In this document: positions 1 through 7,364 of the stretch, in pieces
Layout of the letters: every line of letters begins with the position of its first letter
Numbering within the stretch: the stretch's first letter is position 1
Assembly: GCA_043228905.1 (NCBI GenBank)
Contig: JBHGNT010001477.1
Location: 1-7,843, forward strand
Source of the DNA: Azolla caroliniana
Lineage: Eukaryota; Plantae; Polypodiophyta
Reading direction: 5' to 3'
DNA length: 7,843 nucleotides
Notes under the pieces: generated by a model
Databases searched by the model: none
What the model was told of the DNA's origin: nothing
What the model saw: the letters and a program-made list of their open reading frames with translations, nothing else
Position numbers and translations under genes: made by a program

Positions 1-422
1 TTTGGTTCTAAAACTCGAGTTTATCGGTGTATAGATTTAAATTGTTTGGTTTAAAGGTTTATTTGTTTGTTAACTTTTTTTTTCACCTTAATATTTTATT
101 AATTGAATGATATATAATTAATGGGTTTTTATTGATTTAATAAATTTAACTTAAATGCTTATTTAATTTAATGTAGTTTTGTTTATTTACATTTTTTATT
201 AGTTTGACTTAAATGGTTAGGTTTAAACTTTTTATTAAATGGTTTAGTTTGGTTTCAACTTTTCCCTAAATGATTTGGTTTACCTTTTCTTAAATGTTTT
301 GGTTTGAATGGCTTGAGAGTTTATGAACGTTTGGTTTGGTTTTTGTTTTATGTAAATGGTTTGGTTTGGTTTCAAGGCAAAGAAACCAAACCAAACCGAA
401 ACCGAACCATGCCCATTGCTAG
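1..422. mobile_element. Right end of an AT-rich non-autonomous DNA transposon (hAT-MITE-like; Helitron 3' end is an alternative)
   Basis: T-rich sequence with many GGTTT/GGTTTGGTTT motifs. Perfect 16-bp inverted repeat at 358-373/382-397. AACCG-type subterminal motifs at 393-408 end in ...TGCCCATTGCTA(G), which resembles the TGCCCANCCCTA termini of plant hAT MITEs. Abrupt switch to LINE coding-like sequence at ~422. The other end is outside the window. Confidence 0.55.
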
Positions 423-1242
423 TCGATGAATTAGAATAAATGATTACCAAGCTTGTTTAGAAAGAATGCATTGAAGAATTTGTCAGTAGGAACGTAGTCC
501 TAATGCTTTTGTTGAATGTAGATGATTCGGTAGTTTATGCAAACACTTTAGTAGATGCACAAAAGCTTGTGAGTGCATTGGAAGAAATTTGCACACATAC
601 AAAGTTGAGTGCCAATAGCTCAAACAAATATTGTTTGTGAAGAGCAAAAATAAGGATAAATTACTTGAAATTGTGGAAAACTTCAAAAACCTTGGCCTTG
701 AAGCTCCTTCAAATCAATATAGATGGAATGAGTGTGTTACCTGCCACTTAGAGACGAGAAAGAGAGCATATTATGTGCTTGAAAACACATGCGACTGTTG
801 AGTCCTCAAGAAATATCTTTTTGATACTTTAGTGACACCAATGTTTCTCCAAGGGGTGAAAGTATGAGGTTGTAGGATCCCGAAGACCACTTGGAAGGAG
901 TTTGAAAATTTCCAATAACATTCTCTTACAAAGTTTCTCCAAGGCAAGAAACAAGTGCCATATACCCTCTTACTTGTTGAGACAGAATCATTTCTAGTTG
1001 AGATCATGGCCATGGAAAGGGTGTTGTCGAATACATGCTTAGGGTTCAAAAAAGTCCTTCACATGGACTTCCTAGAATTGCATGTAAAGCAAGAAAAAAG
1101 ATCCAAAAGACACATAAAAACAAAATTTGTGTTCCTTTTGGATGTAAGATATGGAAATATGGTTCAGAAGATGGACTAAACAAACTCGCTTCCTAATACA
1201 TTGCTAGATTCCTTTGTAAATGAGGCCTTTATGCAATGCCAA
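422..1242 (+). pseudogene. Degenerate non-LTR retrotransposon (LINE) ORF2, C-terminal half of reverse transcriptase; 5' part missing
   Basis: Manual translation through stops and frameshifts gives VDELE*...LMLLLNVDDSVVYANTLVDAQKLVSALEEICTHTKLSANSSNK (degenerate YADD = NVDD at 515-526), LEIVENFKNLG (FKYLG motif, 682-696), KKYLFDTLVTPMFLQGVKV*G and PYTLLLVETESFLVEIMAMERV. These match LINE RT domains 5-7 and the downstream thumb region. Confidence 0.8.
1238..1242 (+). repeat. Target-site duplication of element A, left copy (GCCAA)
   Basis: 4/5 match to ACCAA at 5192-5196. Removing the element plus one copy restores the LINE reading frame. Confidence 0.85.
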
Positions 1243-1703
1243 TGTCGAGATTTCAAGCTCAACTTAGTTTAGTAATTTAGTTAACCACGTAACTTAGTAG
1301 TTACCAAGATAGAATCTAGTTAGTGTGTTGACCTTAAAGCCTTAAATAGGATTTTGTACTTGAGTGGGATACATTGTAGATCCTCCACTCACATGTTCAT
1401 TTAATATAGGACTTACACCTTTGTACCTATATTCTCCTCACACATGTGCACCTTTGCACATGAGATGTATATATACTTCATTGAGGATATCATTGTATTT
1501 TGATGATGCTTATTAATATAGAGGAAAGGTCTTTAGCTACACTCTTGTTAATCATCCCCCATTTATATTATTGTTCATAAGTGTAACTTCCTCTCTCTCT
1601 TCCTCTCACACACATACACACATAAATCATATAATCTTCCGCTTCTTAACTACTCACATAATTAGTCACTAATTAACCCTAGTTAATTACCTAATTATTA
1701 ACA
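1243..1703 (+). repeat. 5' LTR of copia element A
   Basis: TGTCGAGA...TTAACA. Aligns without gaps to 4731-5191 with 13 mismatches in 461 bp (manual count, about 97% identity). Directly followed by the PBS. Confidence 0.97.
1468..1475 (+). promoter_or_regulatory. Candidate TATA box in the element A LTR (second copy at 4956-4963)
   Basis: TATATATA in the middle of the LTR, just downstream of the CATGTGCA-CCTT-TGCACATG inverted repeat. Position only, no functional evidence. Confidence 0.45.
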
Positions 1704-1715
1704 TGGTATCAGAGC
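1704..1715 (+). other. Primer-binding site (tRNA-iMet) of element A
   Basis: TGGTATCAGAGC directly after the LTR terminal CA. Complementary to the 3' end of plant initiator tRNA-Met. Confidence 0.95.
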
Positions 1716-1886
1716 ATGTGGTTTAGCACATCCACTAAGCCCACCTGACTCTTCATGATTGTGTGTTCAAGACACCGACGACAAATCCAACTATCCGCAA
1801 CCGTAGTGCTACTACGTAGCACATGTACATGACCAAGAAGGAAGAAAAGCCAAGAAGGAAGACACTGCATCAATGTGAACACACAA

Positions 1887-2680
1887 ATGGGTAGCTCGCT
1901 CCATATGAAAAGCTAGACCACAACAATTATTCATCTTGGGAGTACAAGTTGAACCAATACCTAGTCAGCCAAGGGTAGTGGAGCTACATCAACAACGCAC
2001 TCGAAACCAAACCTGACATCACAAACACCAACTACCCAACATGGGAGCAAGGAGCGAGTCGGGTAATGTATTGCTTGGCAACAAGTGTCCACGAACACAT
2101 GCTTAGCCAATTCGAGATGCCAAGAGGCCTAAAGAAGCATGGGCAAACTTAAAGAAACTTTTCACCGCCAACATGACCGCCGCAAAGATTCAACTCCAGC
2201 AAGAGTTGAACAACATACAACAAAAAGATATGCTCGTGTCGGACTATACCGCCAAGATCAAGAGCATTTGTGACTCACTAGGCTCCATCAACGAAGATGA
2301 GATGGTTCAAGTATGCTTGGGTGGCATTGCACATCGGTTCACCCCGATAAGGACAACTATATTAGTGAGAGAAACCCTCTGTTCTTCGACCTCCAATCAA
2401 TGTTATTGGTCTAAGAGAACCACGTCCGAACCAAGACCAAGACATCAGAAGGATAAATGTTCTTCTCGGATTCGGATGGTGGCCGAGCACGAGGTAGAGG
2501 CGTTAGAAGAGGTCGATTCGACCCATCTTACGAAGGGAACGCAAACCTTCAACAACAAGACGGAAGATATTGAGGAACCTTTGGAAGAAGGGGGAGCTCC
2601 CATGCCGAACAAGGTCGAAAAATGTGGCCCATTACTTGCAATTATTGCGGCAAAATTGGCCACCACGAAGATGAGTATCA
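1887..2680 (+). pseudogene. gag: Copia gag (UBN2-type) with RG-rich linker and degenerate CCHC zinc knuckle
   Basis: MGSSL/PYEKLDHNNYSSWEYKLNQYLVSQG*WSYI...WEQGASRVMYCLATSVHEHML/IRDAKRPKEAWANLKKLF...IQLQQELNNIQQKDMLVSDYTAKIKSICDSLGSI. GGRARGRGVRRGR linker. CNYCGKIGHHEDEY at 2637-2678 (last Cys now Tyr). Frameshifts near 1900, 2109 and 2373. Stops at 1976, 2412, 2454 and 2571. Confidence 0.92.
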
Positions 2681-2831
2681 GAAGAAGAGAAGTGAGTCGG
2701 CTTTGACAAGCCGACAACTCACAAATTATGACACCAACTCCGAATACGACAACTACGATGGAGTATTCGTAATGAGATATAGAGCGAACTCTACGACGAC
2801 CTCTGACTCTACAAGCACCTCCAACTTGGAC

Positions 2832-3153
2832 GTGTGGTTCGTCGACTCCGGCACCTCACTGCACCTCACTTCATATGACGTCACACCAAGAGTGGTTTCG
2901 TGACTTACGAACGCCGGATCAACCCGGCCACATAGAGATGGGAGACGACACCACATATCCCATTCGACACATCAACAACGTTCCACTCGGCAACGACGAT
3001 GAAAAAAATTGCATCAAGAATGTCTTGCACATGCCTACAACAACAAAGAATTTGGTCTCGGTCGGCCAAATCGTGGAGCAAGGCATGCAAGTTCATTTCA
3101 ACAACGAAGGATGCTTCATAGAAAAAGATGGCCGACTCATAGCTAAGGGATAG
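2832..3153 (+). pseudogene. pol: Copia aspartic protease, frameshifted
   Basis: VWFVDSGTS at 2832-2858, then a 10-bp duplication shifts the frame to HMTSHQEWF...KNVLHMPTTTKNLVSVGQIVEQG, the typical copia protease region. Confidence 0.92.
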
Positions 3154-3240
3154 AGAGACGAACGAAAGTTCATTCTCGATTCGAACGAGGTGAAATCATC
3201 CATGTATGCCAAGCGTTTCAAAGCCAACACCGACATCGAG

Positions 3241-4100
3241 TTGTGGCACCAGAGAATCGGCCACATCAACCTCCAACGGCTCCGAGCAATGCAATCAAAG
3301 GGAGTCGTCATTGGACTTCCGACCTTTGAGTCGAAATGAGTCGACCGAGTGTGCGAACAACATCGACTCCCATTTCCAAAGGAGAGCTATGTAAACAAAG
3401 GCCTCCTTGATGTCATCCACTTAGATGTATGGGGATTGACTCAAACATCGCCGATAAGAGGATGTTGGTACTACGTCACCTTCATCGATAACTACTTGTG
3501 CTACACGTGGATCTTCTCGATGAAGAAGAAGCACGAAGCACTCTCCCATTTTCAAAAGCTCAAGAGCCAAATCGAAAAAGAAACCAGTTGGCACATTCGA
3601 TGCCTACGATTGGATGGGGGCAGGGAGTATTTCTCCGAAGAATTCATCTCCTACCTCCAAGATGAAGGCATTCGGAGAGAATTCTCATGCCGACACACAC
3701 CTCAACAAAATGGAGCAGCCAAAAGGAAGAATCGGCACATACTCGAGGTAGCATGCGCCACGCCGCATGAGAAGCACATGCCGAATTTCTACTAGGCCAA
3801 AGCGGCATCCACAACCGTCTATCTCATGAATTAGTGCACCGCTAATGGAGTACATGAGCTAACTCCATACGAGACCTTTGTTGGAAGGAAGCCAATGCTT
3901 TCACACCTCAAAGTGTTCGGAAGCATTGTGAATGTATGCATCCCGAACGAAAAACGATAGAAGCTCAATGCGAAGTCAGAGTAATGTATCCTCGTAGGAT
4001 ACTCATCTGAGAAAAATGCATGCAAATGCTATAACCCTTCGTCCCGAGCGGTTCGGGTGAGTTGAGACGTAGTCTTCGACGAATCGACATCTTGGTGTAA
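3241..4100 (+). pseudogene. pol: Copia integrase (HHCC, catalytic core, C-terminal SH3-like region), inactivated
   Basis: LWHQRIGH...VCE (second Cys region deleted), IHLDVWG, YYVTFIDNY, LRLDGGREY, TPQQNGAAKRKNR (catalytic Glu replaced by Lys, 3721-3723), LKVFGS...KLNAKSE*CILVGYS...VS*DVVFDES. Stops at 3337, 3793, 3832, 3958, 3982 and 4063. Confidence 0.95.
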
Positions 4101-4615
4101 GCCCGATTTGGCTCCATCCAAACCGAGCGAGGAAGAGTTGAACGTCAACTCGGAGGAAGATATTTGGCCAAGTCCTTTACCAAAGGAAAATCCATGCTCT
4201 ACCAAGCTAAGTGGCCCACACGAGCCTTCACGTGACCAAAGCTTTGGACAAAGGCAAAGGTAAGATGCCCGAATACGAAGTTGACCACCCCGACGATAGT
4301 GATTCAGATGTGTCGGCTCACTCACTAGACAGTGAGTTTGGTATACCCATTATGCGGACACCCGGAGTACAAAAGGTACTCACATCGGCAAGTGAAAAAC
4401 TTCGACGCTCGTCGAGAGAAAAGAACCCCGTTAGTCGGCTCGGTTACAATGAGTACATGGCCCATCATTATGGCCTCACAATGAAGGTAGCGGCTGAACA
4501 AGAGCCCGAGAGCTCTACAGAAGTGGCTCGTGACCCACAACGGATGGAAGCACTCGACCTTCGACCATCTAACACAACAAGCCTTCGTCACAGGCTTGAG
4601 GGGGAGGAACTGTGA
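4101..4615 (+). pseudogene. pol: Integrase-RT linker and first residues of the RT region, fused to a pol C-terminus-like tail (RT/RNase H absent)
   Basis: LRRSSREKNPVSRLGYNEY and EPESSTEVARDPQRMEA correspond to the RRSxR and EPxxxxEAxxxxxWxxAM motifs that precede copia RT. Only about 180 bp separate this from the 3' LTR. No YVDD, KARLVA or ADIFTK motifs are present. Confidence 0.85.
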
Positions 4616-4719
4616 CTACCACCACGAAAATGCCGACACCGAAAGCCGAACAAAAGCCGGCATCGAAAGCCGGACAACGCCGAAAGGAAGACCGGATGTC
4701 GGACGCCTCACACTTGAGC

Positions 4720-4730
4720 TTGAGGGGGCG
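4720..4730 (+). other. Polypurine tract of element A
   Basis: TTGAGGGGGCG abutting the TG of the 3' LTR, the canonical copia TTGAGGGGGxG form. Confidence 0.9.
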
Positions 4731-5191
4731 TGTTGAGATATCAAGCTTAACTTAGTTTAGTAATTTAGTTAACCACGTAACTTAGTAGTTACCTAGATAG
4801 AATCTAGTTAGTGTGTTGACCTTAAAACCTTAAATAGGATTTTGTACTTGAGTGGGATACATTGTAGATCCTCCACTCACATGTTCATTTAATATAGGAC
4901 TTACACCTTTGTACCTATATTCTCCTCACACATGTGCACCTTTGCACATGAGATGTATATATACTTCATTGAGGATATCATTGTATTTTGATGATGCTTA
5001 TTAATATAGAGGAAAGGTCTTTAGCTACACTCTTGTTAATCATCCCCCATTTATATTATTGTTCATAAGTGTAACTTCCTCTCTCTCTTCCTCTTACACA
5101 CATACACACACAAATCACATAATCTTCCGCTGCTTAACTATTCACATAATTATTCACTAATTAACCCTAGGTAATTGCCTAATTATTAACA
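4731..5191 (+). repeat. 3' LTR of copia element A
   Basis: TGTTGAGA...TTAACA, immediately after the PPT. Direct repeat of 1243-1703. Confidence 0.97.
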
Positions 5192-5196
5192 ACCAA
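5192..5196 (+). repeat. Target-site duplication of element A, right copy (ACCAA)
   Basis: 4/5 match to GCCAA at 1238-1242. A 5-bp TSD is typical of copia integrases. Confidence 0.85.
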
Positions 5197-5637
5197 CATA
5201 TCATAACATGGGAAAAATGTGGAAGATCATGCTTCACATATTATATCACATATATTGCACCACACAATGATACATGTTAGAGCTCATCTTGTTGTTAGCA
5301 ATCAAAACCATTGCTTCCATGCGACTTAGCTCACACACACTACAAAGTGAAACTACATTAAGTGATGAGACTATTGAACTATGCAAACTTTCTCCTAAAC
5401 AAGTTCAAGTGTCTAAATATAACAATTGGATACAATTCGTTGCATTTGATCACATTCGATTATGTTTTCCACACATCTTCAACCAAACCCAATCCTTGCA
5501 TGAATTTCTCTTAGAGTCATAATGTGCATTGTCGATGGTGACATTCATTAGTAGAGTTCTTGAATGTCGACTCACTTTCACATGTATTAAATGACCTCTA
5601 AAGTTGATAATAAAATCTTTGTTTCTGTGTGTGTATC
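5197..5637 (+). pseudogene. 3' part of the interrupted LINE: ORF2 C-terminus with decayed Cys/His-rich domain, stop codon and short 3' UTR
   Basis: HIITWEKCGRSCFTYY continues the frame of 1201-1242. IASMRLSSHTLQSET...LCKLSPKQVQVSKYNNWIQFVAFDHIR resembles the RLSSHxLxxExGR...CxxC...ExHxxxxC end of LINE ORF2. Reading through TAA 5520-5522 reaches TGA 5592-5594. AATAAA at 5609-5614 is followed by a decayed simple-repeat-like tail. The 3' boundary is approximate. Confidence 0.7.
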
Positions 5638-5671
5638 AAAGGATAAATGAGATATTGTTGACAATTTTTTT

Positions 5672-5802
5672 AGTGATGTGTGTGAACACACTTAGGACAG
5701 TGATGTGTGTGAACACAGTTAGGACAGTGATGTGTGAACACACTTAGGACACTGATATATGAACACACTTAGGACTGTGATGTGTGTGAACACACTTAAG
5801 AC
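5672..5802 (+). repeat. Tandem array of five 25-27-bp units (AGTGATGTGTGTGAACACACTTAGGAC) in LTR U3
   Basis: Units at 5672-5698, 5699-5725, 5726-5750, 5751-5775 and 5776-5802, head to tail with no spacers. Confidence 0.95.
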
Positions 5803-5847
5803 CATAGGGGCATTTTTTCCCTCTTTAGGAGGTTTTTTCCCCTTGTC

Positions 5848-5857
5848 TATATAAATA
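5848..5857 (+). promoter_or_regulatory. TATA box of element B LTR
   Basis: CTATATAAATA, the plant consensus TATA context, downstream of the tandem array. Confidence 0.7.
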
Positions 5858-5912
5858 CTCTCATAACCCTAAAGTGGAAAAGTTTTTGTGATTCAAAACA
5901 AGAACCCAACAA

Positions 5913-5924
5913 TGGTATCAGAGC
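5913..5924 (+). other. Primer-binding site (tRNA-iMet) of element B
   Basis: TGGTATCAGAGC one base after CAACA. Confidence 0.93.
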
Positions 5925-6312
5925 AACTAAGCGACGTTTGAGTAGCACCACAACGAGCGGACAACAATGCAATGAGCAGACATCAAGGCAACGACTCCCA
6001 TATGCAGTTCGTTTGCACCATTTGTGGTGGCATTTTTCTCTTGCTGCAAAACAATTTTTTGCGTGTTTTCTTCCTCTGCGCAGTTTCAGTTGTGTTTTTT
6101 TTTCTACTTCCATGTTGTTTCAATCCTACTAAAAGCCTCCTTGAGTCTTCTACGACATTCCAACAACCCTCTTCTGTGTGGTTGCTACATAGAAATCAGG
6201 TTTGCTTCCTTTTCTCTTCGCTGGTTCATCTTCCAAGTCAAAGAGGTACGTTATTCCCTTTTATTCATTCATCTGTCCATTGTTTGAATCAAAACGTGTT
6301 CAGTCAATGGCC

Positions 6313-7056
6313 ATGGCTGAGAGCAATGATGTATTCCGGATGCTTGCTGTTGAGAATAAATTGGATGGAACAAATTACCCTCTTTGGGCTTATATGATGC
6401 ACCATGTATTAGTAGCAAAAGGGTTGTGGAATGTGGTTCAAGGGGTTGAAAAACGTCTTGTTGTTGAGAACACCAACGTTGATGGTATTGATTCTATCGA
6501 GGATGTTGATCATCCTACTCATGCTCATGTTGTAGTTTTTGTTGTACCAAATGCAGAGCAACTTCGTTGGCATGGCAGAGATGCTCATGCACAAGCTTTG
6601 ATAGCTTTGTATGTGAAACGTGCCATTATTCCCCATATTCACTCTTACAAGACAACGAAGGATGCTTGGGATACTCTTACCACTTTGTACCAAGCAGGCT
6701 CGTGTTGCTTATCTCCGAAAATAGTTGGAGAGTGAGCATATGAACAAAGGTGATTCTATGGACAACTTTCTTATGAAAATCAAAGATTTATGGGAACAAT
6801 TAATTTCTGTTGATTAAATGATACCAGATAGTTCAGTTGTGCAAACCGTTCTAAATGGTATTCCTAATTCATATAAGAGTTTTGCTTCTACTCTTCGTTT
6901 AATGATGAAAGGTAACTCCAATGCCTTATCGTTCAAGGAGTTGCAGAACAAGTCATTTATGAGTGTTGCAGATCAAGCTTTCCTAGCTAGTCAGAAGGGC
7001 AAATGGAAATGGAACTCATCTACTAGCAAGCAAAGATTTGCTAATACTTCACAAGT
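6313..7056 (+). pseudogene. gag: Copia gag of element B, disrupted and truncated by insertion
   Basis: ENKLDGTNYPLWAYMMHHVLVAKGLWNVVQG...WHGRDAHAQALIAL...KTTKDAWDTLTTLY, frameshift near 6697, then ARVAYLRK*LESEHMNKGDSMDNFLMKIKD...VQTVLNGIPNSYKSFASTL. These are UBN2-type gag motifs. The start could be 6307 or 6313. Confidence 0.9.
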
Positions 7057-7350
7057 TGTTGGCATAAAAGACTGACTACTTCTAAATTGTATCTGTCTGA
7101 GTGTGAACTCATTAATAAGTTCTAGGGCTTAGTATATAAGAGAATACCTAACATTGCAATGAGTAATGAAGAGAAGAGTATTGTATCTCTGAGAGAGAAC
7201 GAAATAATAAGAAGCTTTCCATTAAAGCTCGATCTACTGTCTAAGTCTCGATTCACTATATTTTCTGTGTGTGTTGTTTTCTGTGCATAAGCGAACAAGT
7301 TCACAAACGTTTTCCGCATACATATACATATATATATACATACATCAACA
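7057..7350 (+). repeat. 5' LTR of copia element C (294 bp)
   Basis: TGTTG/CAACA termini, TATATAA at 7133-7139, (CATA/TA)n run at 7317-7345, PBS 2 nt downstream. The left boundary is inferred. Confidence 0.78.
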
Positions 7351-7352
7351 AT

Positions 7353-7364
7353 TAGTATCAGAGC
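7353..7364 (+). other. Primer-binding site (tRNA-iMet) of element C, mutated
   Basis: TAGTATCAGAGC, an 11/12 match to TGGTATCAGAGC (G to A at 7354). Confidence 0.85.

Larger units (their letters stand above)
1243..5191 (+). mobile_element. Ty1/copia LTR retrotransposon (element A), bounded by both LTRs, lacking RT/RNase H, pseudogenised
   Basis: Two 461-bp LTRs with TG...CA ends, PBS 1704-1715, PPT 4720-4730, flanking GCCAA/ACCAA. Domain order is gag-zinc knuckle-protease-integrase (copia order). Confidence 0.95.
5656..5911 (+). repeat. 5' LTR of copia element B
   Basis: Perfect 5-bp terminal inverted repeats TGTTG (5656-5660) and CAACA (5907-5911), an internal TATA box, and a PBS 1 nt downstream. 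The left boundary is inferred from the motif only. Confidence 0.8.
5656..7056 (+). mobile_element. Ty1/copia element B, 5' portion (LTR, PBS, leader, gag), interrupted at 7056
   Basis: TGTTG...CAACA-bounded 256-bp segment followed by a tRNA-iMet PBS and a UBN2-type gag. No second LTR in the window. Confidence 0.88.

Noticed and set aside
1674-1681. Telomere-like TAACCCTA motifs (also 5162-5169 and 5864-5871)
   Set aside because: Isolated single copies in AT-rich LTR sequence, with no array.
1704-1715. tRNA gene fragments at the three TGGTATCAGAGC-type sites
   Set aside because: Only 12-nt complements of the tRNA-iMet 3' end next to LTRs, so they are PBSs. No cloverleaf structure.
2173-2706. 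177-aa ORF as an intact protein
   Set aside because: Only the first ~67 codons are gag. The rest is out-of-frame read-through after the frameshift near 2373.
3349-3795. 148-aa ORF as a functional or domesticated integrase
   Set aside because: Bounded by premature stops, lacks the intact HHCC finger, and the catalytic Glu is replaced by Lys.
4211-4736. ORFs 4211-4615 and 4530-4736 as an env-like or novel 3' accessory gene
   Set aside because: The first is the integrase-RT linker of pol. The second is a short overlapping frame across the 3' UTR with no hydrophobic segment or recognisable motif.
5672-5802. CRISPR-like array (27-bp repeats with a dyad)
   Set aside because: The units are contiguous with no unique spacers, there are no cas genes, and the array sits in an LTR of a eukaryotic retrotransposon.
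5847-6397. Overlapping short ORFs in the element B leader
   Set aside because: Phe/Leu/Cys-rich translations of T-rich leader sequence with no recognisable domain.
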